Origin: Octopus bimaculoides
Lineage: Eukaryota
Reading direction: 5' to 3'
Assembly (NCBI RefSeq): GCF_001194135.2
Contig: NC_068981.1
Location: 38,624,846 to 38,688,845, forward strand
Length of the DNA stretch: 64,000 nt
Both the position numbers and the translations under genes were made by a program. The notes under the pieces are model-generated. The model made no database searches. It saw only the letters and a list, made by a program, of their open reading frames with translations, and had not been told where the DNA came from. Below are positions 39,100 to 52,140 of this stretch, in pieces (the stretch's first letter is position 1; the number at the start of each line of letters is the position of its first letter).

Positions 39100-41050
39100 T
39101 GGATTAAGCAAATTTTCAATATGGTAGATCATTACATGACTATCTTCAATTCTGATATGCATGACATACACATCACCACCTCCTACATCATTTTCTGCCA
39201 CATGTATCTTTTATCTTATCAGCTGAGAGCACTTTTCCACTAAAGACTTCATGTTCTTTTGCATTATTTCTCTGTATTAGTGCAGTAGTCTATAGTTTAT
39301 AATTTGAATGAGGTTTTTAATTTCAAACCACACAAACACTTGCAAATCACTTGTTCTATGTCTTTCACAAAAGTTAGCACTGAGATTTGTGCCTCCTGGA
39401 GGTTTGAGGTTTTCAGAGAGCAAATTGGACAGAGAATGATTTTAGTGGAATTTGAGGGGTGGGGCAGAAACTTTGTGCCAAGATAACAGGAAGACTTTGT
39501 TGCTGAAATTCTAGTGAAAATTGTAGAGTGTTCCCAAGACATACTGACAATACCCTTTGAGAGTGGAATATAATGAAGCCAGGACAGCAGTGTTGGGTTG
39601 TAGATGAGATTAGAGATTTGCATTACAGTGAAGAGCAACTTGTGTGATTTGCATGTAGGAAGTGTTTGCTGTGATCTAGGTTAGGCTTGAAGTCAAGTCC
39701 ATGGATGTTTGTCTTAGAGTAAGAGAATTAATTGACAAAGTAGGAATATTCATATTTTACTTTATTTCATATATTATTTAGTGTGGGTAACAGAGAAGAT
39801 GAAAGAGGAGACTATGATTTAGTTGTTGCTAACTATCTCTTACATAGTAAATATCACCACCAAAGTTTTTGAGACACAAGGCTGAAGTCTTTTCTGGCCT
39901 TGAAACTGGTTAGCTTGTTGAAGGATTTAACTATACTATGTACATCTGATTACCACAAATATATCATCAAAAATTTTGGGGCATAACATTTGTAGAGTCT
40001 TTATGTTATTTTAGTTGCAAGCTGTCCAGGTATGAGAATATGAGCTACAAAACTGTTTCAATTTTATGTGCAGTAATTGTGTTTGAGCTGTTGAAAGAGA
40101 TTAGATTGTCAGGTCCCTTCATTTGAGAATTGTTTTCAAGTTCTTTGATCATTATAGCAATGTAAATTTGGTGTGATGTGTCTCAGTTGCATGTGGATAA
40201 TGTTTGTGTGACGAAGGTTGTAAAGTTGGGAAGGGTGGTATCTGTCAACTGCATAGGAGTGAGCCTTGATAAAAGTGAGAGAAGGCAGGTTATTAATGTG
40301 AAAGAAGCTGATAGAGTTTTAGTCAGAGACAGTACCATCAATGCATGCTGTGATGGTGCAATCTAACTGAAAGTTTACTATCCAAGGGATGAAAAGATGG
40401 ATCAAATCCATAGATGGACAACTTAGCAAGGAAGTTCTTGTGCCTGATACTGTCAAAATGTCACTGATATTGAGTGCAATGGCATGTAGAAAGCAGAACA
40501 TTCTGCTTATTTCATAAGGTCTCTGAAATCGTAATTGTTTTTTTCATTTTGGTAGTAAGAGTGTCATTGATAAAATATCGAAGATGTTTAGATACATAAC
40601 AATAATAATAATCTTCATTTCAACTACCCCATATAATTGATGTCATAGTGTTTTGCTGCTGGAAACAACAAGGTAGACAAAATAAAAGAGACGTCTATTA
40701 TATAATAAGTTGAAAGTGTACATGGTTAAGACAAGCAACTAAAAAGTGATCAGAAAGCCAGTCAGTTGGAACTAGCAACAGTAGCACAAAAGACAGCAGA
40801 GATTGTTAGTAAAATCAACATGTTCCAGGGTTTGTCAGACAGCCTTTTCCATCACAGCTAACAGCCAAATAAAGAATGGACAGCACAGAATAGTGAATTT
40901 TTCACAAAGTAAAACAACAGTTTTCACTTTTCCCCTTTTTGACATTACAAAAACAGCAGATTTTCTATACAAACTTTGCAAACTGACAGCAACTGAACAG
41001 TCACAGAAATCTACTTGTATTTAGCTTGTCACACTTTGGTACACATTTAG
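39100..41050 (-). mobile_element. Old CR1/L2-group LINE RT remnant (fragmented)
   Basis: AIALNISD..RHKNFLAKLSIYGFDPSFHP and HINNLPS..HSYAVD resemble ALDISKAFDxVWH.LL.KL..YG and FINDL..YADD. Confidence 0.6.
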
Positions 41051-41269
41051 CTAAATGTATCAGTACCTCAGTTCTGACAGTTCCATGATATAAAATGTAA
41101 CTTGTTTGCTGTTTCAATATAAACTTTTCACCACGAACAATATATTAGTTTTTTGTTTTCTCTTTTGAAATAAACGATTTTCTCTTTTGAATTAAGTTAA
41201 TTACTTTCTTCTTACAAACTAAACTGCATGTTGACTCAAAGCTCTTGAATATTCTGAATAATATTTAGC

Positions 41270-42010
41270 TATCAGAGTAATTATGTCTTTTTAGTAGTCT
41301 TTTACAGAACAGAATAAAAATGATGTTTCTGTTAATGTTAAAGTCAGCCACGATGCTTGCTCCATGGAAACCCACAAAGAAATTACTCCAAGAATTACTT
41401 TTACTGACCAAGAATAGGTTCGATTTAGACTTAGTTGTCAGTGAAATAGGCAAAGGATTCAAGTTGTTAGAGATGACTCATATTGATTTTTCCTTCATCA
41501 TTTTTGTGATGTCAAAACAGAGAACAATAGATTGGTAGTTGTCGGAGTCAGAAAGGTTGCCTATTTTGTGAATGAGACAATGTACCTTGTTTCCATGACC
41601 AATATAAACTGTGATCTTGGAAGCAAAATCTTCCTGATAGATTTTCTTGTGAAAAGATAAAAATTGAAGAATTGGGACTATTTTAGGGTGATAGAAGTGA
41701 CTTTGTCTTGATCAGTGATTGACATGTTGATTTTAAGCAACAAGAAGTGGTTTTGCATTTTATGTAGAGTAAAGAAATAGAGTTTTGTTGTGTGTTTGCA
41801 ATTTGAAATTGGATGCATTGCAACCACAAAATGTGGGAGTGGTCTCTGTGAAAGTACTGCTCATGTAGCTATTATAGCTGAGAAGTAACTGGAAGAAGGA
41901 TTTTGAAAAGTGTGTAGAGTTATTCTTTGTGCAGATATAAAGGCACCTTTTACTTTGTAGATAGTAGTCTTGAAAGGGTTGTAGCATTGGTAATCTCTCT
42001 TTCATAACAT
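41270..42010 (-). mobile_element. Second CR1/L2-group LINE RT N-terminal remnant
   Basis: WKQG..LIHKIGNLSDSDNYQSI resembles WK.A.V.PIHKKGD.SDP.NYRPI; then SWSNFFVGFHGASIVADF. Confidence 0.55.
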
Positions 42011-42149
42011 AGCCATTACTGCATCTCCAAAACTACCCTTCATCATGGGAGCCAGAAAATACTTCATCTCAATCAGCTGGTATGATACTGGTGTTGAAAT
42101 ACAAAAAATGCAAACATTTATGGAGATATCATGCTAGTTACTTGCTTAC

Positions 42150-42450
42150 CTAATGAGTGGCAGGAAAGTAATAGCAATATTAATTAGCACTGTAGTATCA
42201 CTGGAAATAATTACAGGGATAAAATAGATGGATTGAAGAGAGGCAGTTACAGAGGACTGAAACTGATTGACCAAGTAGTAATTAAAGCAAAGTTAGTCCA
42301 AAACAAGATGATTTTGAATCTGATGTAGTTCAGATTTATAACAGGCAATGGAATTAGAAATGTTATATTTCAGCCATAGCAACTGCAAGAGAACATCTTA
42401 GCTAAGAGCAAATTACTGTACTTTGCATTAGTTTATCCCCAAATGGTCTG
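42150..42450 (+). mobile_element. Old RTE RT remnant
   Basis: Nucleotide similarity to 54560-54830: GCACTGTAGTATCAC..AGGGATAAAATAGA..TTACAGAGGACTGAAACTGATTGACCAAG..GCAACTGCAAGAGAAC (YRGLKLIDQV). Confidence 0.6.
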
Positions 42451-44539
42451 AACACTAGCAACTTACAGTTGCCCAGTTTTGTAGATGGCCTATCAAAAAA
42501 AAAAAAGTACTTGTTTTCTGGAACTAATTACTGCCCTTTAACAAATTCCTTAAGTTCTCATAGACATATTGATTTTATTTTTAAAAGATCTGTATATTCA
42601 TAATAATTAAAATGAGTGTAGGCCTTATTAGATCTCAATATTTTAACGTTGTAGTTTATTTCTATTACAAAACAATCTTACATGAAGAGAAATTGTTATT
42701 CCAGGAAGATAGATAAATATCAATGGAATAATGCACTATTATTTCCAGTGTCTGAAAAATTAAACACTCAAACTTACTTTTGGAAAAGAAAATACAAAAA
42801 TTGAAAAAGAAATTTAATTATTCTCTGTAAAGAATATTAGAGTTTGAAAAGAATAAAGAAAAGTCATTCTTAGAAATTTGATTCATGTCTTGTCAATTCA
42901 CAAGAAGATTATCTGAAGAATATTGTGTGACAATTTATAGCAGGTAGAGAGAAGTACAAATTGATCAAGCACTAGTGAATCAGTATTCACTTGGGAAATT
43001 ACGGTACCAATGTATCTTTCTCAATGTTTATCTCAGACATTAACATAAGTCTGGAAGCTCATCAAAGGAAAAGAGAAGGAAAAAAATCTTTTTCAACAAG
43101 GGGAATAATTTAATCATTCTTTGCTGGCTGCTAAGCATAGAAAGCCATTAATCATTGACTATACTCATTTCAGTTATAACATGGAGGTTAAAAGCTATGG
43201 ATATTACTGATCAATCAAATTTCTCTGCATTCAAACATGATATATGACCATTATATCAGTTTCTAATCTGTCCACTGTATATCCAATTCTGGGTGGTCAT
43301 TCTCCTGAAGAAAACATACAAAGGATGATTGCTTTTTATCTGACAAATGTTTTAAACCGATATTCTCATTTATCTTATTGTATAAGAAGACCTCGACTCA
43401 CAATGTATCTGAATTCATTATAGCAACATTGATCTAGGCCAACTATTCAAAAGAAATTAAATGACTGTCAGTTCAACAGCAACCATATTGAAAACATCCT
43501 TTTTATAACATGATGCATAAACAGAATTTGAAAAAAAAAATACACCTCTTTTTTTTTTATATGTGAACTAAAACTGCACAAAGGAGCCCAAACAAACAAT
43601 GGAGCTTCTATATGCTTGACTTGCTGAAAATAACAGCCAAATCTGTCTTAACTCACACACTACTGTTTTAAAAATGGAAAGGACACATAATATCAGGTCA
43701 CCTCAAATACACTTTAATTAGATTGGAAGGTCATGACTGGAAAATTTCAACTCATAGAATTGAGTTGCATCAACATAAGAGTGAACAGGTGTCATCAACA
43801 TTATATATATTGACAGAAAAATTGAGACATGGATGTAGGCACATTTGTGTGGTTAAGAATAGTTGCCAGTACTGCCTGATAATTAAGAAGCTTACTTCAC
43901 AATCCATGATTTGGGATTTGATCACACTGCAGCAACTATTGTTGTGGGTAGACTGAAATTTTGTGAGCAAAATTGATTAAGTGGAAATTTACAAAAGCCT
44001 GTTCGATTCACCTTATTTGTTCAATAGTGATCAATTTTATCTGTTGCTTGGTTTAACAACATTACCTGGCTCTCAAGACTACACTGGTTTAAGCATTTGG
44101 TTTTTGGTATAAAGATAACCCAGGACTTATGGTTTCTACCTTCATGCCCATTGCTATTTACAGGAAAAAATTACAAACAAATCATGTAAGCTGACCTTCT
44201 TCTCCTAACTAAGATATGAAAAAAAATTATTAAAGTTTTAGAACAGTGTTGTTATTCCCATTGTTTGGACCCATCTGATCTATCCTATCTAGTTTCCAAA
44301 CAGGGTATCTAGGACTACATTATCCGATATTACCTTCTACTTTTCAGATTTTACACTGAGAAATAAAAGAGATACAACTATGGAGAGTTCTCACTGCTAA
44401 CTCACTGGGGTATTTAGATCAGATAGTGTAAGAGACAAGGTCATATTGAAGGGAACATTGAAAAACTGAATTCGTTGATATGTGTGGAAAGTTATGTGCA
44501 TGAGCGTATGCATGTGTGTGTGTAATCATAGAATGAACT

Positions 44540-44790
44540 GGGCTGATGCTTCAGTAACATATAGGATGTCACAATTGAGAGCTGGTGAAAGACACTTGGC
44601 CATGTGCTATGCATGCTCATAGATCAGTAACGGTCTCTCTTAAGTGAAAGTGAAATGGGTGTGATAGACATATTCAGAGATAGGTGAGAACTGTGTTAGA
44701 GGATTTGGGAGTTATGGAACGGGTGGGAACAGGCTGATGACATGGGTTACAGCCATACTGGATACTTGGTGTAGATCTATTCATGGTTAA
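44540..44790 (-). mobile_element. Possible second Penelope-like GIY-YIG remnant
   Basis: GCNPCHQP...LNCDILYVTEA loosely resembles GCxPC...CxxCxILYVGET; heavily decayed. Confidence 0.25.
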
Positions 44791-44801
44791 CAGGGAACTA
44801 A

Positions 44802-44846
<45 letters not shown>

Positions 44847-46373
44847 AATCTTAGCAAACCATGTCAAAAGCTTGCTTCTAGGCTAGGTCCATATCTGCCA
44901 GTCCTTACCCGTCTCTTAATAGGTCTACTTTATCTCTTACACACACACATACACATTCCTCTCTCTCTGTCTCCTCTTCTCTTTCTACATGTGTGTGAGA
45001 TTATGTGTGAGTGCATGCACTTACATACGTACACTGCATAAACAATTAATTTGCCTTGCTGTTGTTGCTGAAAATTATCATTAAATGATGTTTCATTGCA
45101 AAAGTCTGAAGACTGTAGAATACACTTTAAATGCAAATCATTAAAATTTTTTTGTTCTCTTTATGTCTGAGTTCATCTTTGCTAAAACAATTTTGTCTAT
45201 TATGTTTTATTTGTTATAGCATACATGGAGAAACCACATACATTCACATAAAGCCCGTCCCATATATGTATGTATGTGTGTGTGTGTTATGCTAATTCTA
45301 AGCAAGAGTAGCCCAAATATATGAACGTTTCGATGAAAGTGGGTATGACGATAGAGGAGATAATGAGAATAATGAATAACATCCAGTTTCTACCTTAATG
45401 ATACTATAATGAAAGTTACCTATCATTCCTATATTGACCTTTATTCATTTCTTGCTCGTTATATCTTCCTTTATCTGATTGATATCATCACCCTCACTGC
45501 CTTCTTACATTCATTATCTTTATTTATATCATTGATTCTTTACTTATACATAAAACCTTAAATTTACAATAAAGCTGAAAGATATTGTTTTCTTTCCTCA
45601 GCTTTTCTGAATGCCATTGAGATCAAAAAACATTACCTGGCTTTAATTGAGATAAAAAAAAAAAAAAATTGGGCTCATAGATTTGTTCACCGCTGGCAGC
45701 TTACCTCAATATTTATCCAAGACCACTTTCCTCAAACTTTCAAGGTGGTAGCAAAGCATTGAAACTTAGCAGACAATTTTAGCTATATATAACACTTTTA
45801 ACTGCATAGTTCTTGGAAAATAAATAAAATACAGAAACATAATGGTCTCAACTTGAAAGGGAGCTGTAAGACAAAGACTAATGGTTTGTTTGGGTTGAAA
45901 ATGGTGCAAAATATTTTATGTTCTTGAATAACAAACATTATTTTCTACTATCTTTCTACTGAGATATATCACCTGTTTCTTCTACATATCTTATAATAGT
46001 TTACCTATCCAATTATTAACTGTTCTTCTAAGTTCATAGAAAAATGTTAAAACCTGCAGAAATATCCAAATTATAATAACAGAAAGGAAAAAAAGAGTTG
46101 TAAAACCCGAAGTAAATTATGACTACAAGTTTTGTTATTTTTTTAATTTCAATTTTGTTGCTTTTAGTGTGATTATATTACCATCAACATTGACATTATA
46201 TCCCATCACTGAATTAGTGGTGTCAGCAGTATCATATTCATTACTGTCATTGTTAACATCATCTCATCTTTATTCCTAGCATCGTCATCATTGTTATAAT
46301 CATTGCTGCTATCATTTAATCATCATTATCCATGCATTACCTCCCCCTGCCCTTGCTCTTTATATCAGTATGA

Positions 46374-46375
<2 letters not shown>

Positions 46376-46451
<76 letters not shown>
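46376..46451. repeat. Long (AT)n microsatellite
   Basis: Read directly from the sequence. Confidence 0.97.
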
Positions 46452-46455
<4 letters not shown>

Positions 46456-47770
46456 AATATACATGTATATATGCATATATATATACACACACACATACAC
46501 ATACGTACATATGTATGCATGTATGTATGTATGTATTATTTCTCAGTGATTTTCATGAAAACCTACTTTGAAATAATATCAGTGGTATTGTTTGGAAAAA
46601 CAAAATATCAAACCCAACATTCAATTAGTAGACAGAGAGTCTGACAGATGAGGAAAATCCCTGATTTTATCAATAACTTCTCCATTAACAATTCACAATC
46701 TGCAATAAAAGCATTTTTGATTGCTTATTTTATTTTGCCAAATTTCAATTTTATTTAATTTCTTCTTTCAGAATAACAGATAATGATTATCAGTTTTGTG
46801 GAAGCTATTCATTTTTGTTTTGTTTGCAAAATTTGAAGATCCTTTCAGACTTTATTACTCGCATTTGTTGAAAACAAAATACCAGAGTGGGTAGGTGGTG
46901 GATGGTGATGGTGGTGGGTGGTGGTGGTGGTGGGGATGCTGTAGCTAGTGGGAAAAATGAAATATATTTCGTGCTGAAGGAGGCTATTGTCCAGTTCTAT
47001 ATGATGAAAATCATTGTTGAATAAAATAAGTATGAATAAGAAAATGTGTTTTGAGTATTGGATAGAAATCTAATCTAGACAAGAAATCTAAGATTTAAAG
47101 GACATAAACAATTAGTTCAACTGAAAGAAAATATGTTAAAAGTTATAGTCCAAGATCAAGATAAAATAAAATATTTCCCAAATTAATTATCATAATAGCT
47201 TCAGCAATGACGATGATAATAAAGGTATACAGTTGCAAGTGCTGTGAGCATTCCTCTACTCACAAGGAGCTGTTAATTTCTTCCTTGTGGCCTACATTTG
47301 TTACAGCTCAAATTCTACTGATTAGATACATGAAACCAATGCATATATGGGATAAGTGAAAATTTGTTGAACACTGGTAAAAACTTATACAATTATATGC
47401 TCTTTCTGTCATCACTGTCAAACGTAACTGATGTCTTATGTTAGAATGTGCATTCAAGGTAGCCACAATTTTTTCAGATGTTGAATTATGAATTATTAAG
47501 TTTGTTATATGTTAGAAATAGTTAGCTAGAAATATTTCACAGTGTGTTTCCATGAAATCCTTGAGTGCTATAAAATAAAAGTTTGTCAATTATCCATTTC
47601 TAGTTTGGAAGTTTTTGTAATATTTGTTTCGTGATATATAAAATATTTTGTGTGATTCTTATAATGACTTTAATTGATAAAAATGTTCATATTGATACAA
47701 TTACAAAATCACTTGAAAATTTGTAAAAAATAAAATGATGCATTATTTAACAAGTGTTTTATTTTGTTAG

Positions 47771-47818
47771 ACACTCAATTCGATGTTAACACTCAAATCT
47801 TAGTCATATCAACAATAG
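47771..47818 (+). CDS. Candidate 48-nt phase 1-1 exon (xTQFDVNTQILVISTIx)
   Basis: Acceptor gtgttttattttgttag| and donor ATAG|gtaagt; only one frame is open. Confidence 0.35.
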
Positions 47819-48407
47819 GTAAGTGAAGACTCTCTTAAATATCTCTGCTAAAATTTAATTTGCTTTCTGACTTCATTTCAACCGCTTTGCTGCTTAGATA
47901 TATCAAGATTCTTCATTTGAAACATTTTACATAATTTGAATTGGTATTCTAATTATAAACATGGCAGAAATGGTATGCGGTGGTATGTAGTAAGTATATG
48001 ATACTGAGTATAGACTGATGTGGAATACTTGTAGTCAATGCCAAAACCAGAAACAGAAGTCTAGATAGAAGCATTCAGGTGCAGTAAGTATAAATCTTGT
48101 TTAGAATAATAATTAGCTCATGTCAATCAAGAAAATTGTTTGGTTGTTTTTTTATACAGTCGTGTCAAAAAATATTTATTTAAAACTCCTAAAAGGAAGC
48201 CAGCATTGACATGATCTGTTGATTTGTCTTTGTCCAACTTTACTTTCTTCTGTAATGCTACAGTTTCTCTTGAATTTGTCGATTATTTTTATATTTGTGT
48301 TAAGATGAATACAACAAAATAGAATACTTTCATTTACAATGTAAACTATTATTTATATTGGCTTTTGTATTACTGAAATTGGGCTACAGTTTCATTGTTT
48401 TGTGCAG

Positions 48408-48508
48408 ATTATGGGCATCAGCTAAATTACATCAGCTTAGTTCTTTCAAGCTACTGCATAGCTATTGTGTTCATATTGTTATCACAATTAAATGCACTCA
48501 TAATTTAA
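48408..48508 (+). CDS. Candidate terminal exon (DYGHQLNYISLVLSSYCIAIVFILLSQLNALII*), phase-compatible with 47771-47818
   Basis: Acceptor tttcattgttttgtgcag|; the phase-1 frame is open to TAA at 48506-48508 and has a hydrophobic C-terminus. Confidence 0.25.
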
Positions 48509-48861
48509 TCTCAGATTTATTGAGAAAAAAATACATTTCTTCATTAATGAAGGGAGAAGACATAATCTTCTTACATTCAATTTTCCTCATTAACAAAGGC
48601 AACAATCTTAATACTTCTTTCATTAACTTGGCATTTTAAACAATACTTTGTTTAATGGATTCCACTTGATAACTAATTAAATCACCTGAGTAGGAAAACT
48701 AGCTACTTAACTTTAAGGTGAAAGAAGTTTTTGCAGAAAGTCTTCTCATAAAGGCTAACATTAAATATTTAAAAAAATTTGATTCATGCTCAAACTAATA
48801 TACTAATTAGCTGCATTCACTACACAGAGTATACTCATGCATACATTTCAGATATATATCA

Positions 48862-49540
48862 TCATCATCATCATCATCATTTAACATCCGTTTTCCCTGC
48901 TGGCACGGTTTGAATGAAAACTGGTAAGCTGGGGGACTGCACCAAATTCCAATCTGATTTGGCATGGTTTCTACAGCTGGATGACCTTGTTAATGCCAAC
49001 TAAAACTCAAAGAGTGTAGTGGATGCTTTTTATGTGCCACAAGCATGGGTGCCAGATACAAAACACCAGTATTGGCCATGACTATGATCTTACTTGGTTT
49101 GACAGGTCTTCTCAAGTACAGTATTTTGCCAAAGGTTGTGACCTCTGAGGCCTAAAGTTCAGAGGGTGCTTTTTATGTTCCAACTCTGGTGCCAGTTACA
49201 TAACACTGGCATTATCCATGACTACTATTTCACTTGGCTTGACGGATCTTCTCAAGCATAGCATATCACCCAATGTTTAAGGGATGCTTTTTACGTGACA
49301 CAGGCATCAGTGCCAGTTACGTGGTACTAGCATCAGCTATGACTGTGATTTCACTTGACATGACAGGTCTTCTCAAGCATGGCATATCACTAAAGATCTC
49401 AGTCACTTATTGCCTTTGTGAGGCCCAACATTCAAAGATCATGCTTCATCACCTTGTCCCATGTCCTTTTGGGTCTACCTCTTCCACAGGTTCCCTCTGC
49501 CATTAGAGACCAGCATGTCTTCACACAGCTGTCCTATATG
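48862..49540 (-). mobile_element. RTE LINE 3' end including 3' UTR and (GAT)n tail
   Basis: Reverse complement of the 27500-28143 type sequence; (CAT)n at about 48860-48880. Confidence 0.85.
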
Positions 49541-49550
49541 ATATATATAA

Positions 49551-49666
<116 letters not shown>

Positions 49667-50069
49667 AAAACAAAACAAAAGAATGCTTTGAAATTGTTAT
49701 CATGGATAAAAAGAAGAAAATATTTCTATTTTTCTCCTTTTATTCATTTTATTCCTAATAAAGTTCTCAGGGTATTTTTACCTTTCATCTTTAATATAAA
49801 TTTACTCATGTGAAACTTCTGATCTTTTCTATATATATAGGGGGTATGTGTGTATGTGGGTGTATGCATATTTGATGTGATTTCCGTATAAGTTTCGTTT
49901 CTGTCACCAACAATTTATAAACCTATGTGTAAAACTTTCTTTCCACTGATGAAAGAAGGCTTGAGAAAATATGCTTAATTGCTGAAGTCAAATAAAACTT
50001 GGAAATGATCTTACTTGTTTGTAAGATTTGAGAGTAAAACTGGGTATATGAGGCATCAGATGTAGAGTG

Positions 50070-50225
50070 GAAAGGAGAAGTGGTTGGTGTTAATAAGGGC
50101 ATCCAGCCATAGAAACCATGCCAAAACAGACATGGAGCTCCAGTAGCTCTCCAGCTGACCAGCTCCTGTCAACCCATCCAACTAATGCCAGCATGGAAAA
50201 TGGACATTAAATGATGAGGATGATT
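50070..50225 (+). mobile_element. RTE 3'-UTR terminal fragment
   Basis: GGGCATCCAGCCATAGAAACC...GCCAGCATGGAAAATGGACATTAAATGATGAGGATGA. Confidence 0.75.
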
Positions 50226-50515
50226 TCCTCTAAGTATAAAAATTCTATGCTGGTGATATTTCTATTCAGCAACAACTATCTACTAGTTTCTAAGCAGTCC
50301 TGAATCCAGTGAGTTTCAGGCTTGGTCTGTATCAGTGAATGGAAAATGCAAATAGGCAATGCTGTCTTAACAAACAACAATGAAAGAATGCTTTTGTATT
50401 ATGCCATGTGGAAAAGAAAACTATTTTAACATTTCATGTTCTGAAATTTATTTCGTAAGAGTATTTCAGGATATTTAAATGTGAATAAGTATCTTGTATT
50501 AAGAGGTCAGAAAGA

Positions 50516-50551
<36 letters not shown>

Positions 50552-51059
50552 TTGTAGCCAATCTTGAACAAAATATGTATACGTAATAACATGTATATAG
50601 AGATTAAAGATTAATATTCAATACTGCATAATCAATACAACCAATTGTCTAAAACATCAACTCTGAATCAATATTGGGTCTTTTTAGTTGTTGTATTTTT
50701 CTTATGACTGTATTGGCAGTCTACTTTTACTGTATCATGAAGACATAAAACACACAAGCAGAAGAAGAGTTAGTTTTTAATTATATGGCAGATAATCTTT
50801 TTTTTCTAATATAAAGCAGTTACATTTAAAATACAACCTTATTTCTTAAATGTTAGCATATTCACTCTCCAAGTAGGATGTGTGTTTTCTATTCTTAAAA
50901 TACTGCACACTGAATATTAATATGATTTTGCTTAGCCCTATCTTATTCAAGTTGTACATGCTGCATATCTTTACTTTATAAATGTCTTGTATATATGTAT
51001 GTGAATATGTATTCTACAAAAAACATATCTGTAGTAAGAAATTGTAAACAAATTAATGG

Positions 51060-51630
51060 TGCCTTCTGTGGTGTATATAGTGGCCATGGACTTTGTTCCC
51101 AAAATGAGGTGTTCTGTGATGCAAATAATTTAATGATCTGCAGCCAGCTAGTCACCTGATAACCTATAAATCTGGTGGCTACACTATCCAGATTGACATT
51201 CTCATCAGACAGCAAAATGCATGGCTGCTCATAAATACAAAAAACTTTAGTCACTAGCGAATTCAGTCTTCAGGCTAAACGGATTCCAAGAAGCAGCCTG
51301 ATCTGGAAAAGAAGCATTTGGAAGCTTAAAGATCCTTTGAATAGTCAGAGATTTAGAGACATCCTAATTAAAGGATTTAATGAGAAAAAGGAGTGGGAGA
51401 TATAGACATGTAACATAGAGGAAGGACAACTGAAAATTCCAACAAGACAACTTACTGAGAGCCACAGACCAAATTTGTGGCTGGTGCAAAGTCTCAACAA
51501 TATCTAGGGTGACATGGTGGTAGAACAGTGTAGTAGACAGGGCCATTGAAGCAAAGAAACTGACCTGGAAGAGTTGAAAAAGTGGTGGTAGCAGAAACCT
51601 CTCTCAAGTAGCTACAAGGGAAGCTATGAG
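51060..51630 (+). mobile_element. RTE endonuclease end and linker remnant
   Basis: FCDANNLMIC-like segment and a linker matching 60410-60700 (GCCACAGACCAAATTTGTGGCTGGTGCAAAGTC). Confidence 0.75.
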
Positions 51631-51949
51631 ACAGGTATATTTATATATACTTATACTCTCCCACTATTCCCTCTTTACTACTTATACTCTCCCACTGTTC
51701 CCCAATACATCTCCAACGCTATCTATCTTTCTCCCTCCTCCTCTGACTCTCTATTCTTTCTCTAATTTTCTCTCCTCTTCTTAACCTTTCCTGTCCTACT
51801 GGGTTATCCAAGTATCCCATCTATAGTAAGATAATTATCTCTGTCATTTTATTGTAACCTCTCACCTGGTTCACAGCTACTTCATTCGGTTCCATTCCCT
51901 CTTTCAGCTGAGAGATTTTGCAAGCTATTTAGCAACACAATTGGTGTCA

Positions 51950-52140
51950 TGCAAAATGTATTCAGTACACTCTGTGAAGTGGTTGGCATCATAAAGGGTG
52001 TCCAGCCATAGAAACTATTCCAAAACAGACAAATAGTGTTTGGTGTTTTTCACCAGCTTGCCCATTCCTGTTGAACTTTTTAACCCATGCCAGCATGGAA
52101 AAACAGACGTTAAATGATGATGATGTCAACGACGATGTAG
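51950..52140 (+). mobile_element. RTE 3'-UTR terminal fragment
   Basis: AACCCATGCCAGCATGGAAAAACAGACGTTAAATGATGATGATG. Confidence 0.75.

Noticed and set aside
45315-45340. GAAACGTTC palindromic stem III-like motif on the minus strand
   Set aside because: No CUGANGA core upstream.
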